Notes: generated by a model from the letters alone, not told the origin. A stretch of DNA of 61,659 bases, filler included, from 7 parts of 7 records of this genome joined end to end with filler, not necessarily neighbours in it; one strand, 5' to 3'; positions 1 to 10,529 are shown, counted from the first letter of the whole stretch. Program-made: numbers and translations.

Positions 1-29
1 AAAACAACAAAATAAAAGGAGAAGTTAAT

Positions 30-509
30 ATGGTTTGCTGGTATTGTGGAAAACTTAATAGTGACGATAAAAAGTCGGTAGGAATTAGCATGTTTGGTGA
101 GGTTGTTAAAACAAAAAATGACAACGGAGTCGAGTCTGTATCATATAGTACCAAAGATGTTATAGTGCCAAGATGTGCAAGCTGTAAAGCTAAGCATAAT
201 AAAGCAAAACTCTTTGCTATATTGTCTTCTGTGTTTGCTTTATTGGCGGCAGTGCTTGGTTTATTTGAATTTTTAAACGTCGAACTTGTTGCAAGTAGTT
301 TTCTTAGAGGATTTGCGTTAGGTCTTTGCTTTACACTTGCAATTGGTTTTTTTGCATTAAGGTTTGTAAATCTTAAAGGAATAAAATCTTTTAGCAAGAC
401 AAAAAAATACGAAGAAATTAAAGACCTTCTTTCAAAGGGATATGAGTTTGGAAGAGCACCAAAGCAAGATTTTTCGAAGAAGTTAACTGTTGAAACAAGT
501 GAAGAATAG
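30..509 (+). CDS. Hypothetical membrane protein with two CxxC pairs (Zn-ribbon-like) and two TM helices
   Basis: AAGGAG RBS upstream; CWYC and CASC motifs; two hydrophobic stretches. Confidence 0.6.
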   Translation: MVCWYCGKLNSDDKKSVGISMFGEVVKTKNDNGVESVSYSTKDVIVPRCASCKAKHNKAKLFAILSSVFALLAAVLGLFEFLNVELVASSFLRGFALGLCFTLAIGFFALRFVNLKGIKSFSKTKKYEEIKDLLSKGYEFGRAPKQDFSKKLTVETSEE

Positions 510-596
510 AAGAATTATTGTTTAATTATAAGATTGCTAGAATTTTTAGATTATGTTAATATAGCTCTATTAGTTTAGAATGAAGGAGATTTATAC

Positions 597-803
597 GTGG
601 CAAAAGTTGAGATTAAAGTTGATGTATGCAAAGGCTGTGGGCTTTGTACAGTTGTGTGTCCGAAAAATATAATGGTCTTGTCAAAGGACAAGATCAACAA
701 TAAAGGATACTCGCCAGTGGAAGTTACCGATATGGAAAGTTGTATTGGTTGTGCTTCTTGCGCAAAAATGTGCCCAGATGCTGTATTAAGTGTATATAAA
801 TAA
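597..803 (+). CDS. 2x[4Fe-4S] ferredoxin (delta) subunit of 2-oxoacid:ferredoxin oxidoreductase
   Basis: CKGCGLCTVVCP and CIGCASCAKMCP motifs; GTG start after AAGGAG; first gene of the OFOR operon. Confidence 0.9.
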   Translation: MAKVEIKVDVCKGCGLCTVVCPKNIMVLSKDKINNKGYSPVEVTDMESCIGCASCAKMCPDAVLSVYK

Positions 804-817
804 GGATGGTTTTATAA

Positions 818-1876
818 ATGAGTAAAGTATTAATGAAAGGCAATGAAGCTATTGCTGAAGCCGCTATTAAAGCAGGCTGTGAGTTTTTCTTTGGGTATCC
901 GATTACACCGCAAAATCAGATTCCAGAGTATATGAGTAGAAGAATGCCAGAAGTTGGTGGAACATTTTTGCAGGCTGAATCAGAAGTTTCTGCTATCAAT
1001 ATGGTGTATGGTGCTTCTGGTGCTGGTGCAAGGGTTATGACATCGTCTTCTTCTCCTGGTATCAGCTTAAAACAAGAGGGAATATCTTATATCGCATGTG
1101 CTAAGCTTCCTTGCGTTATTGTAAATATAGTCCGCTCAGGACCTGGTCTAGGTGGAATTTTACCTGCTCAATCAGATTATTTTCAATCTGTAAAAGGTGG
1201 AGGACATGGGGATTATAGATTGATAGTCTATGCACCTGCATCTGTTCAAGAAGCAGCAGATTTGGTTTTGGAAGCCTTTGAAGTTTCTGATTATTACAGA
1301 GTTCCTGCTATGATTTTAGGTGATGGTATGATAGGGCAGATGATGGAACCTGTTGAATTTAAACCAGCAAAGAAAAGAGATTTGCCTAAAAAAGATTGGG
1401 CAGCTACTGGGCTTGATGGGTCTAAACAAAAGGCGTTGATTAACTCTTTATATATAGAAGCGGATGAGATGCAAAAGGTTTGTAATGATCTAGCGGATAC
1501 TTATGAAATAATTAAACGTGACGAAACAAGCTATGAAGAGTTTATGATGGATGATGCAGAGATTGTTATAGTATCTTATGGAACGACCTCTAGGATTGCA
1601 AAAAATGCTGTTGTAGCAGCAAGAGAAAATGGATTAAAAGTTGGGCTTATAAGACCAATCACGATATGGCCTTTCCCTTCTGATATTATTTCAGAAGTAG
1701 CAAATAGTGCTAAGGCGTTTTTGGCTGTAGAAATGAGCATGGGTCAAATGGTAGAAGATGTTAGACTTGCAGTTAACGGTAAAGCCCCTGTAGATTTTTA
1801 CGGAACAGCCGGCGGTGTTATTCCTACACCAGAGGGTGTGTTAGATAGAGTTGAGAAGATAGCGGAGGGTATATAA
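818..1876 (+). CDS. vorB: 2-oxoacid:ferredoxin oxidoreductase alpha subunit (VorB-like, 3-methyl-2-oxobutanoate dehydrogenase family)
   Basis: MKGNEAIAE, GYPITPQ, QAESE, TSSSSPG and GGGHGDY motifs. Confidence 0.85.
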   Translation: MSKVLMKGNEAIAEAAIKAGCEFFFGYPITPQNQIPEYMSRRMPEVGGTFLQAESEVSAINMVYGASGAGARVMTSSSSPGISLKQEGISYIACAKLPCVIVNIVRSGPGLGGILPAQSDYFQSVKGGGHGDYRLIVYAPASVQEAADLVLEAFEVSDYYRVPAMILGDGMIGQMMEPVEFKPAKKRDLPKKDWAATGLDGSKQKALINSLYIEADEMQKVCNDLADTYEIIKRDETSYEEFMMDDAEIVIVSYGTTSRIAKNAVVAARENGLKVGLIRPITIWPFPSDIISEVANSAKAFLAVEMSMGQMVEDVRLAVNGKAPVDFYGTAGGVIPTPEGVLDRVEKIAEGI

Positions 1877-1877
1877 T

Positions 1878-2615
1878 ATGAAAGCAGTTTTTGAAAAACC
1901 TAGTCGTTTTATTTCGGATAAAATGCATTATTGCCCAGGGTGTACACACGGCACAGCACATAGATTAGTTGCAGAAGTTATTGAAGAACTTGGCATGAAT
2001 GAAAAGGCTGTTGGTGTTGCGCCAGTTGGATGTGCGGTATTTGCATATAAATATCTTGACTATGATATGTATGAGGCGGCACATGGAAGAGCTCCTGCCG
2101 TGGCTACAGGTGCAAAAAGAGTTCACCCTGATAATTTGGTATTTACGTATCAAGGTGATGGAGATTTAGCTTCTATTGGTGCGGCAGAAATAGTTCATGC
2201 AGCAGCTAGAGGTGAAAATATTACAGCTATTTTTATTAACAATGCAATTTATGGTATGACTGGTGGTCAAATGGCGCCAACAACTTTAGTTGGGCAAACA
2301 ACTACCACATCACCATATGGTAGAGATGCAGATTTATGTGGACATCCAGTGAGAGTTTCGGAAATGCTTTCTACTCTGGAAGGTGCGGCATATATTGAAA
2401 GAGTATCACTTCATGATGTTGCTAATATAAATAAGGCAAAAAAAGCTATCAAAAAAGCTTTTCAGGCTCAAATAGATAAAAAAGGATTCTCAATGGTAGA
2501 GCTTTTATCTACATGTCCAACAAACTGGGGTATGACACCCCTACAAGCTATAGATTGGCTTAAAGAAAACATGATTCCATACTACCCACTTGGTGTTTAT
2601 AAGGAGGTAGAGTAA
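1878..2615 (+). CDS. 2-oxoacid:ferredoxin oxidoreductase beta (TPP-binding) subunit
   Basis: YCPGC, HGRAP, GDGD...NN TPP motif, YGMTGGQ, CPTNW. Confidence 0.9.
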   Translation: MKAVFEKPSRFISDKMHYCPGCTHGTAHRLVAEVIEELGMNEKAVGVAPVGCAVFAYKYLDYDMYEAAHGRAPAVATGAKRVHPDNLVFTYQGDGDLASIGAAEIVHAAARGENITAIFINNAIYGMTGGQMAPTTLVGQTTTTSPYGRDADLCGHPVRVSEMLSTLEGAAYIERVSLHDVANINKAKKAIKKAFQAQIDKKGFSMVELLSTCPTNWGMTPLQAIDWLKENMIPYYPLGVYKEVE

Positions 2616-3152
2616 ATGACACAAAAAATAATATGTGCAGGGTTTGGTGGTCAAGGTGTACTGCTTATCGGGCAAGTTATAACGTATGCTGGTATGATTG
2701 AAGATAAAGAAGTATCATGGCTCCCTTCATATGGACCTGAGATGCGTGGCGGGACTGCTAACTGTAGTGTTATAGTTTCAGATAGTCCTGTAGGTGCACC
2801 AATTGTTACAAAGGCAGATGTTGCTATTGTTATGAACAAACCTTCTTTAGATAAATTTGAAGATGTAGTAGCTAGTGGAGGTAAGTTGTTTATAAACGAA
2901 AGCTTAATCGAAGATAAAGCAAGTCGCGATGATATTGATGTTGTTTACGTTAACGCAAACCATATTGCGGCAGAGCTTGGCAACCCAAAAGTTGCAAATG
3001 TTGTTATGCTTGGTGCTTATCTTGAAAAGTGCGGTGTTATAAAAGTTGATAGCGTTATAGAAGCACTTAGGAAAGTTTTGGGCCCTAAAAAAGAAAAGTT
3101 TATACCGATTAACAAAGAAGCAATAAAAAAGGGCAGTGAAGCTGTTGGATAA
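2616..3152 (+). CDS. 2-oxoacid:ferredoxin oxidoreductase gamma subunit
   Basis: AGFGGQG, SYGPEMRGG and NVVMLGA motifs. Confidence 0.9.
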   Translation: MTQKIICAGFGGQGVLLIGQVITYAGMIEDKEVSWLPSYGPEMRGGTANCSVIVSDSPVGAPIVTKADVAIVMNKPSLDKFEDVVASGGKLFINESLIEDKASRDDIDVVYVNANHIAAELGNPKVANVVMLGAYLEKCGVIKVDSVIEALRKVLGPKKEKFIPINKEAIKKGSEAVG

Positions 3153-3246
3153 AAATATAATTGGATTTTAATAAGTTCGTATAAATATTGCAAAGCAGTC
3201 TATTATGGCTGTTTTGCAATAATAATAAATATTGATAATAAACTTA

Positions 3247-3275
3247 TTGACAGGGTGGTTTGACTATGATAAACT
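3247..3275 (+). promoter_or_regulatory. Sigma-A promoter of rpmG-secE-nusG
   Basis: TTGACA-17 bp-TAAACT with extended -10 TG. Confidence 0.7.
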
Positions 3276-3342
3276 ACTTTAGTGACAAAAAAGAGGGCGA
3301 AATGCCTTTTTTTAATGTCAATTATCTTGGAGGGTTTAGGAT

Positions 3343-3492
3343 ATGCGTGTAAAAATAACATTAGCTTGTCAAGAATGTAAACAGAGAAATTACGATACAA
3401 TGAAAAACAAGAAGACCAATCCTGAGAGGGTTGAGTTTAATAAATATTGTAGATTCTGTAAAAAGCACACACCTCATAAAGAAACTAAATAA
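3343..3492 (+). CDS. rpmG: 50S ribosomal protein L33, Zn-binding form (49 aa; absent from the ORF track)
   Basis: Translated by hand: [58 protein letters not shown]. Confidence 0.95.
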   Translation: MRVKITLACQECKQRNYDTMKNKKTNPERVEFNKYCRFCKKHTPHKETK

Positions 3493-3566
3493 AGCTTTTA
3501 GCTTTAGTGTTATCTTTAATTTAGGGCTTTATTTACGAAATAGAATATGTTTAGGATGTGTTGAAA

Positions 3567-3836
3567 ATGGCAAAAACGAAATTATTAGGTAGCGATAGAG
3601 ATAAGAAGCTACAAGCACAAAAAAAGGTCGCGCAAAAAGCGAATAAAAAGCCAAGGAAGGGTATTGGTCGTTTTTTTAAGGATATCATTGGTGAACTTAA
3701 AAAGGTAACTTGGCCAACTTGGAACAAACTTTTGGTTGCTACAGGTGCAGTTTTAGCATTTGTATTAGTTATGGCAATTATTGTAGGTGTTTTTGATTTA
3801 GGTTTAAAATCAGCTCTTAAGTGGTTGGTTAGCTAA
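3567..3836 (+). CDS. secE: Preprotein translocase subunit SecE
   Basis: ELKKVTWP motif and a single TM; lies between rpmG and nusG; ATG 3567 preferred to GTG 3558. Confidence 0.9.
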   Translation: MAKTKLLGSDRDKKLQAQKKVAQKANKKPRKGIGRFFKDIIGELKKVTWPTWNKLLVATGAVLAFVLVMAIIVGVFDLGLKSALKWLVS

Positions 3837-3911
3837 AGAAAACAAAATAATTATAACAATAGGAGATATATACATTTGCCGGCTTTGCTGGTGCCTGTAT
3901 TTTTTGGTATT

Positions 3912-4550
3912 ATGGAAGAAAACAAAAAAGACGCTACAGTTGAGCAAGATATACAATTGAATGAAGAAAACACAACAGATGCGGATGAAAAGAAGGATCC
4001 TTCTGAAGGGTTTCATTTTGTTAAGCAAGAAAAAACTGATGAATACCATTGGTATGTTGTGCATGTTTATTCTGGCTATGAAAACAAAGTAATGGCTAAT
4101 ATCAAAAAAAGCGTAGAAAACCGTGGTCTGCAAGATATTATTGTTGACGTTAAGGTTCCTATGGAAGAAACTATTGAGATTAAAAACGGTAAAAAGAAAC
4201 ATGCTTTAAAAAAAATGTACCCAGCATATGTTATGGTTAAAATGCTTTTAACAGATGAATCTTGGTATGTTGTTAGAAATACGACAGGCGTTACAGGTTT
4301 TGTAGGTTCTGGTTCAAAGCCTATTCCTCTTACAAATAACGAAGTAAGAGCTATGGGTGTTGAGGATGTGCATGTTAAATTGGACGTTGAAGTAGGTGAC
4401 AGTGTTTTGGTTACAGCAGGTCCGCTTGAAGGCTTTGCTGGTGATGTTGAAGAAGTTAACACTGAAAAACAAAAAGTTAAAGTTACCGTTTCAATGTTTG
4501 GAAGAGATACTCTTGTTGAACTTGATTTTGTTCAAATAAGAAGAATTTAA
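3912..4550 (+). CDS. nusG: Transcription elongation factor NusG (start ATG 3912 or TTG 3876)
   Basis: WYVVHVYSGYENKV, RNTTGVTGFVG, KOW domain GPLEGF...MFGR. Confidence 0.95.
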   Translation: MEENKKDATVEQDIQLNEENTTDADEKKDPSEGFHFVKQEKTDEYHWYVVHVYSGYENKVMANIKKSVENRGLQDIIVDVKVPMEETIEIKNGKKKHALKKMYPAYVMVKMLLTDESWYVVRNTTGVTGFVGSGSKPIPLTNNEVRAMGVEDVHVKLDVEVGDSVLVTAGPLEGFAGDVEEVNTEKQKVKVTVSMFGRDTLVELDFVQIRRI

Positions 4551-4618
4551 TAAGTTATAAAGAAGCATTTTTTGCTTTTATATAATAGCTGGTTGTTTAA
4601 AACAAATTAAGCAACCGA

Positions 4619-4656
4619 CGTGGGAGGATAAATTTTAACAGTCCGAAGTTACCACG
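4619..4656 (+). promoter_or_regulatory. Ribosomal protein L1 binding (autoregulatory) RNA site upstream of rplK
   Basis: CGTGG-GAG-GAT...GTCC-GAA...CCACG pairing pattern just before the rplK RBS. Confidence 0.75.
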
Positions 4657-4683
4657 CATGGATTATAGTTTAAGGAGGATCAC

Positions 4684-5109
4684 ATGGCTAAAAAAGTTAT
4701 AGGTTATGTTAAACTTCAAATTCCGGCAGGAAAAGCAACACCTGCACCACCTGTAGGACCAGCTCTTGGTCAACATGGTGTTAATATTATGGGTTTTTGT
4801 AAACAGTTTAACGAAAAAACAAACAAACAGGCAGGATATATTATTCCTGTTGTTATCACAGTTTATGCTGATAGAACTTTCTCGTTTATCACTAAAACTC
4901 CACCTGCAGCAATATTGATTAAAAAAGCAATCAATTTGGATAAGGGGTCTGGAGAACCACATATCAATAAAGTAGGAAAGATTACTAAAGCTCAGCTAAA
5001 AGAGATTGCAGAACTTAAAAAACCTGATTTGAATGCAGCAAGCGAAGAAGCTGCTATGAGAATGATTGCAGGGACTGCAAGAAGCATGGGTGTAGAAGTA
5101 ATAGATTAG
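4684..5109 (+). CDS. rplK: 50S ribosomal protein L11
   Basis: [29 protein letters not shown]. Confidence 0.98.
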   Translation: MAKKVIGYVKLQIPAGKATPAPPVGPALGQHGVNIMGFCKQFNEKTNKQAGYIIPVVITVYADRTFSFITKTPPAAILIKKAINLDKGSGEPHINKVGKITKAQLKEIAELKKPDLNAASEEAAMRMIAGTARSMGVEVID

Positions 5110-5116
5110 TGAATTA

Positions 5117-5143
5117 GTGGGAGGCATAAGAGCCGAATACCAC
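5117..5143 (+). promoter_or_regulatory. Second L1-binding RNA site upstream of rplA
   Basis: GTGG-GAG-GC...GCC-GAA-TA-CCAC directly before the AGGAGG RBS of rplA. Confidence 0.75.
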
Positions 5144-5157
5144 GAGGAGGTTTATAA

Positions 5158-5853
5158 ATGAAAAGAGGAAAGAAGTATTCAGATAGCGAAAAAGCATTTG
5201 ATAAATCAGTTGTTTACGATCCAGATAAAGCTTGTGAACTTGCTGTAGAAACTGCTAAAGCTAACTTTGATGAAACTATTGAAGTTTCAATAAGACTTGG
5301 GGTAGACCCAAGACATGCTGACCAACAGGTTAGAGGAGCTATTGTTTTACCACATGGTACAGGTAAATCAATTAAAGTATTAGTTATTGCTAAAGCTGAA
5401 AAAGCAGACGAGGCTAAGGCTGCTGGTGCTGATTTTGTTGGTGCAGAGGATATGATTGAAAAGATTCAAAAAGAAAATTGGTTTGACTACGATGTAATCG
5501 TAGCTACTCCAAATATGATGGGTCTTATTGGTAGACTTGGACGTGTACTTGGACCAAAAGGTCTAATGCCTAATCCTAAGTCTGGTACTGTTACTATGGA
5601 TGTTGCTAAAGCTGTTAATGAAATCAAAGCTGGTAAAGTTGAATATCGCCTTGATAAATCTGCTATATGCCACTGTCCAATTGGTAAAAAGAGCTTTGGA
5701 AAAGAAAAGCTAGAAGAGAACTTAAGAGTTCTTATGGAAGCTATTATCAAAGCTAAACCATCAGCTTCAAAAGGTATATATATGAAGAGCGTTGTTGTTT
5801 CTTCAACTATGGGACCTGGAATTAAAATCAACTCATCAAAATTTGCAGTTTAA
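5158..5853 (+). CDS. rplA: 50S ribosomal protein L1
   Basis: [37 protein letters not shown]. Confidence 0.98.
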   Translation: MKRGKKYSDSEKAFDKSVVYDPDKACELAVETAKANFDETIEVSIRLGVDPRHADQQVRGAIVLPHGTGKSIKVLVIAKAEKADEAKAAGADFVGAEDMIEKIQKENWFDYDVIVATPNMMGLIGRLGRVLGPKGLMPNPKSGTVTMDVAKAVNEIKAGKVEYRLDKSAICHCPIGKKSFGKEKLEENLRVLMEAIIKAKPSASKGIYMKSVVVSSTMGPGIKINSSKFAV

Positions 5854-5856
5854 GGG

Positions 5857-5885
5857 TTGACAAACTAGGTTTAAGTTGTTAGTAT
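5857..5885 (+). promoter_or_regulatory. Sigma-A promoter of rplJL
   Basis: TTGACA-17 bp-TAGTAT with extended -10 TG. Confidence 0.7.
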
Positions 5886-5913
5886 TACATGAAAATTAAA
5901 TACACTTTTTCAA

Positions 5914-6033
5914 TTACCCAAAGACCACTGGTTGTGGAAGCGTAAAATTCCAGTGCAGGCGATAAGAAAATTATTATTTTGATATGATAACCCTTTTTGT
6001 CTTGCTTTGGTGAGTAAAAAGGGTTTTTATTTT
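5914..6033 (+). ncRNA. L10 leader (attenuator) of rplJL
   Basis: AGAC-CACTGG...TAAAATT-CCAGTG-CAGG core; terminator AACCCTTTTT/AAAAAGGGTT plus T-tract; 5' TTACCCAAAG can pair with CTTTGGTGAG as an alternative fold. Confidence 0.75.
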
Positions 6034-6103
6034 AAAGCATATATAATATGCAAAAGTGACTTTTTAAAAGTTATTAATATTTAAGACTGGAGGAAAGTAA
6101 GAC

Positions 6104-6631
6104 TTGAGTACAAAAGCTATTGAATTAAAGGCTGAACAAGTTGAAAAGCTTGCTGAGAAGTTTAAAAATGCTGAATCAGTTATCTTTTATGACTACAGAG
6201 GTCTAACAGTTGGTGAAGTTTCTGAACTTAGAAATCAATTTAGAGAAGCTGGCGTTGAGTATAAAGTTTTGAAAAACAATATTATCAAACGTGCGGCAAA
6301 AGCTAATGATCTTGACGGTTTGGATGAGCTTTTGGCAGGACCTACTGCTGTTGCAATTGGAAACGATGATCCTGTTGCTGGTGCGAAGATTTTAGTTGAC
6401 TTTGTAAAAAAAGCAAAAGATACAAAAATCAAAGCTGGTATCCTTAGTGGTAAGGTTGTTGACTTAGAAGAAATTAAGCAATTATCAGATTTGCCATCAA
6501 GAGATCAATTGATTGGTATGATTGCTGGAACATTAAACCAGCCTATAGCAGGACTTGCTATGGCATTGAACGCTATTCCATCAGGACTAGCACGTGCACT
6601 GGGCGCAGTGCGTGATCAAAAAGAACAATAA
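6104..6631 (+). CDS. rplJ: 50S ribosomal protein L10
   Basis: DYRGLTV, KNN, GPTA, LPSR motifs; TTG start after GGAGG. Confidence 0.95.
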   Translation: MSTKAIELKAEQVEKLAEKFKNAESVIFYDYRGLTVGEVSELRNQFREAGVEYKVLKNNIIKRAAKANDLDGLDELLAGPTAVAIGNDDPVAGAKILVDFVKKAKDTKIKAGILSGKVVDLEEIKQLSDLPSRDQLIGMIAGTLNQPIAGLAMALNAIPSGLARALGAVRDQKEQ

Positions 6632-6657
6632 TTAAAATTTTCGGAGGATAATGTAAA

Positions 6658-7032
6658 ATGGACGTAACAAAAATTTTAGAAGAAATTAAAACTGCTACAG
6701 TTATTGAATTAAGTGAACTTGTTAAAGCTATTGAAGAAGAGTTTGGCGTAAGCGCTGCTGCACCTGTTGCTGTTGCTGCTGCACCTGCTGCTGGTGGTGG
6801 CGGAGCTGCTGCTGAAGAAAAAACAGAATTTGACGTAATCTTAAAAGCTGCTGGAGCAGAAAAGATTAAAGTAATCAAAGCTGTTAGAGAAGCAACAGGT
6901 CTTGGACTAAAAGAAGCTAAAGCTCTTGTAGACAGTGCTCCAAAGCCAGTTAAAGAAGGCGCATCTAAAGATGACGCAGAAAAACTAGCAGAAGCTTTAA
7001 AAGCTGTTGGTGCTGATGTAGAAGTTAAATAA
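6658..7032 (+). CDS. rplL: 50S ribosomal protein L7/L12
   Basis: [10 protein letters not shown] hinge, [15 protein letters not shown]. Confidence 0.98.
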   Translation: MDVTKILEEIKTATVIELSELVKAIEEEFGVSAAAPVAVAAAPAAGGGGAAAEEKTEFDVILKAAGAEKIKVIKAVREATGLGLKEAKALVDSAPKPVKEGASKDDAEKLAEALKAVGADVEVK

Positions 7033-7050
7033 TTATTTAATAATTTATCT

Positions 7051-7083
7051 AAAGGACTTATGTTTGTACATAAGTTCTTTTTT
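7051..7083 (+). terminator. Intrinsic terminator after rplL
   Basis: GGACTTATGT-TTGT-ACATAAGTTC stem followed by a T-run. Confidence 0.75.
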
Positions 7084-7194
7084 ATTTTCTATACAATTTT
7101 TAACAAATATGCTATTATGTTATTTGCATGATGACAAATGACTTTTTGCAGGTTGAAGTTTTTATATTTTAATTTATATACTATGGAGGTGTTT

Positions 7195-8181
7195 ATGGAA
7201 AACTATAAACTAAAAAAATATGGACAGATATTAACAGATATTTTTGGTGCGTATTTTAAAACAGGTTTTTGGAGAAACTTTGGTTTTGGTGCACTGATAT
7301 TATTGGCATCAATAGTATTAGGGATTCCTTATTACGTGTCAATATTTAGGTTGGAAGTAAACGATTATAATATGGTTATGCCAATAGTTACATATGTTAT
7401 TTTACTTTTAGCTTGTGGTTTGATTCTGCCACCATTTGCTATATCATTTTTTGGTTTAAAAACTAAAGATTACGTAGAAGGAAAAGAAAGTGACCCTAAA
7501 CATACAAAAGAACATATGTTTAAAAATGTTGGTAGAGTAATTGGCGCAAATGCTGCAAATGCACTATGTCAATTTGTTATTTTTGTAGTATTATTTGTTT
7601 TGGTAGCTTTGCTTGTTATAAGTATATTCCCGGTACCATTTGCTGAAATTCCTTTCTTTTTAGAGTCTATGGATCCGTTGAATTCAAGTGAAATGGCTCA
7701 GCTTTTCACGTTTATTGGTCTTTTTATCTTAATATTAATTGCATTTTCAGTTTTAATTTACTGTGTGTATGTTTTCTTTATGTTTACAGGGTTTATATCT
7801 TTGTTTGAAAAGGAAAAAGGTTTTAAAGCAGTAGGGAAATCAATTAAGTTAGCACGTAAAAAGAATTTTTGGATTACCTTAGGTCAGATTATACTTTCTT
7901 ATATAATATATACAGCGTGTTACATGATTGTTTTAGTGCCATTTTATATAGTAATAATGGTTGCTGCATTCGCTTCAGCAACAATGAATTCGATGGCGTT
8001 AATAATCGTTGCATATATAGCTTTATGTTTACTAGCTATAGTTATTTCAATTATGTCAATGGGTATTATCAATAATTTTGCTGCGATTTTATACTTTAAT
8101 GCAAAAGTCAGAGCAAAAGATGCTGATGAAGACACTGTTGATAGCATACCTGAAAATACTGTGATTCAAGATAATGCATAA
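7195..8181 (+). CDS. Multi-pass integral membrane protein of unknown function
   Basis: About 6 hydrophobic helices; GGAGG RBS at 7185 favours ATG 7195 over 7138. Confidence 0.65.
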   Translation: MENYKLKKYGQILTDIFGAYFKTGFWRNFGFGALILLASIVLGIPYYVSIFRLEVNDYNMVMPIVTYVILLLACGLILPPFAISFFGLKTKDYVEGKESDPKHTKEHMFKNVGRVIGANAANALCQFVIFVVLFVLVALLVISIFPVPFAEIPFFLESMDPLNSSEMAQLFTFIGLFILILIAFSVLIYCVYVFFMFTGFISLFEKEKGFKAVGKSIKLARKKNFWITLGQIILSYIIYTACYMIVLVPFYIVIMVAAFASATMNSMALIIVAYIALCLLAIVISIMSMGIINNFAAILYFNAKVRAKDADEDTVDSIPENTVIQDNA

Positions 8182-8223
8182 AAAATAGTATTAGATTGTT
8201 ATTTTAACTTTTATTTAAAAATG

Positions 8224-8251
8224 TGCCCTCCAAATGTGGAGGGCGTTTTTT
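8224..8251 (+). terminator. Intrinsic terminator
   Basis: GCCCTCCA-AATG-TGGAGGGC followed by T6. Confidence 0.8.
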
Positions 8252-8493
8252 GCATACAATATTTTGAAAACATAGCAAATCAAAAATTTTGTATGCTTAT
8301 TTTAATTTAATATACAGTAATATGTAAATATAAAATTACGAAAACTTTAGTAAGAATTACAAAACCTATTGCTTTGATTGTTGAAAAGTATTGTATTATT
8401 AAAAAAGATATTTGAAATTTAAAGTATTCAATTTTGTTTTCATCATTGACAGTAAAAAATAAATAATTTATCACATATAATAGGAGTAATTCA

Positions 8494-10491
8494 ATGAAAA
8501 AAGTAAGGTTATCAGTACGGCTATTTTTAAGTTTCGGGCTAATATCAATATTTATGATGGGTATTATTGGAATAACAATAAAATCGATAAATGATATTCG
8601 CATGAAAAAAGAATGTCAAGTAATTGCCACTGAAATTAATGAGAATGTGCAAGTGCTAAAGATTTTAACCATGGAATACTATATGGACAGTTCAGAAGAA
8701 TCTGCATCTCAAGTGGAGGAACATTATAACACCACTAAACAACATATGCTTGAAGGGATTGAATTGTTTGAAAATTCGGATGATAGTGAAGTTGTTTCGA
8801 AAATGAATGATGAGATTGAAGAATATTATACATCATTTCATAATTTAAAAGAAACAGTTGATATAAATGGACAGTACTCGGCTGAAATGGCTGAATCGAT
8901 TGAAAAGATCACCAATAATTTAAACAATATTATTTTAACGCAAAAAGAAGACTATGAGCGTTTTATTGAGGATACTAAGAATATAAAAGATGGGGAATCA
9001 ATTGATATTGAATCTCTATCTAATCATATGCAAAACGAATACAATGAGGTGCATTTTTCTAATGAAGCAGGTATAAGCAATCAATTGATTATGATTGCTC
9101 AACAAAATTATTTTCTTTATGACGATGTATTATATGATACACAAGTATATAAAAGGCTTGAAGAATTGAAAGATCAGTGCGATTGGTTAAGTGAGAATTT
9201 TGATAATAATTTAGATCGTTCAGCTGCTACTTTTGTAAAAATGCATATTGATGAGTTTGTAGAAAAATATGAAGCATATAAAGATATTCAAAATAAACAA
9301 AAAATAGAAAAGACAGAAATAAACGAAATTTCGCTTGGTATTACAGATGCAACATCACAATTGGCTGAAAAGCAAGAATTAGAAATGCAAAAAGTAATGA
9401 CTAAAGCCATTACAAATTCAATAATAGTTGGAATTATAAGCATTATTCTTGGTTTGACCTTGGCATACATTATATCTAAAAATGTTAGCAAGAGACTCAA
9501 TAAAAATATGAAACGATTATCTGATTCCGCAAAGCTTGTTTTAACTGCATCTACGCAATTAGCGGAAGCGGGAAGACAGCTAACAGTAGGATCGGCAGGG
9601 CAGGCTGCTTCGCTTGAAGAAACATCTGCAACAATGGATCAAACCTCATCAATGGCTAATCTAAATGCTCAACATACGAAAAAAGCAAATATACTTTCTG
9701 ATGAGGCACGTAAATCGGCAGAAGATGGTACATATAAAATTCAAGGTATGAGTCAATCAATGAACAACCTAGAAAAATCAAGTAATGAAGTTTCAAAGAT
9801 TATCAAACTGATTGATGATATTGCTTTTCAAACGAATATGTTGGCTCTTAATGCTGCTATTGAAGCAGCTAGAGCAGGTGAAGCAGGTTTAGGTTTTGCT
9901 GTTGTTGCAAAAGAGGTTAGAAATCTTGCAAATAAAAGTGCTAAGGCAGCAAAAGATACAGTAGAAATTATTGATAGAAATATTGAAATTTCAAAACAAG
10001 GTATTTTAGTAGGCGGTGATGTTAAATTATCTCTAGCCGAGATTGTAGAAAAAACACATAATGTTAATCAAATTATAGGTGAAATTTCCAAAGCTAGTGA
10101 AGAACAGTCTAAGGGTACTGCGCAAGTATCTATAGCGATTAGCGAGATGGAGAGGGTAGTGCAAAATAATTCTGTAACAGCTGAGCAAAGTGCGGCATCT
10201 GCAGAAGAACTTAGAGAACAATCTGTTAGCCTTGAAAAAGTGGTAAATGAATTAAGTAGATTGGTTAATGGAACAAATGCCAAAGGTAATAAGAAAAGTA
10301 AGAAGTTTAAAATAAGCAAAATGATAAAAAAATTACGCAAAAAAACAACTCATAATATATCACCTTCAAAGAAAAAGAAGAAAAAATCAAAATTTAAAAA
10401 AAGAAACAATAAACTGAATAAAGCACTAAATAGATTAGAAAAATTGAATAATAAAAATAAATCATTAGAAAAAACAAATTTAAACGACTAG
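8494..10491 (+). CDS. Methyl-accepting chemotaxis protein
   Basis: Two TMs flanking a large extracellular domain; signalling hairpin [37 protein letters not shown]. Confidence 0.95.
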   Translation: MKKVRLSVRLFLSFGLISIFMMGIIGITIKSINDIRMKKECQVIATEINENVQVLKILTMEYYMDSSEESASQVEEHYNTTKQHMLEGIELFENSDDSEVVSKMNDEIEEYYTSFHNLKETVDINGQYSAEMAESIEKITNNLNNIILTQKEDYERFIEDTKNIKDGESIDIESLSNHMQNEYNEVHFSNEAGISNQLIMIAQQNYFLYDDVLYDTQVYKRLEELKDQCDWLSENFDNNLDRSAATFVKMHIDEFVEKYEAYKDIQNKQKIEKTEINEISLGITDATSQLAEKQELEMQKVMTKAITNSIIVGIISIILGLTLAYIISKNVSKRLNKNMKRLSDSAKLVLTASTQLAEAGRQLTVGSAGQAASLEETSATMDQTSSMANLNAQHTKKANILSDEARKSAEDGTYKIQGMSQSMNNLEKSSNEVSKIIKLIDDIAFQTNMLALNAAIEAARAGEAGLGFAVVAKEVRNLANKSAKAAKDTVEIIDRNIEISKQGILVGGDVKLSLAEIVEKTHNVNQIIGEISKASEEQSKGTAQVSIAISEMERVVQNNSVTAEQSAASAEELREQSVSLEKVVNELSRLVNGTNAKGNKKSKKFKISKMIKKLRKKTTHNISPSKKKKKKSKFKKRNNKLNKALNRLEKLNNKNKSLEKTNLND

Positions 10492-10508
10492 ATATTAAAA
10501 ATTATAAA

Positions 10509-10529
10509 AAGCTGGGATATACCCAGCTT
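10509..10529. terminator. Probable terminator between the convergent MCP and capG genes
   Basis: AAGCTGGG-ATATA-CCCAGCTT; the upstream A-run gives a U-tract on the minus strand. Confidence 0.65.

Noticed and set aside
8252..8493. c-di-GMP riboswitch or sigma-28 promoter upstream of the MCP
   Set aside because: I could not find the conserved motifs in this AT-rich region
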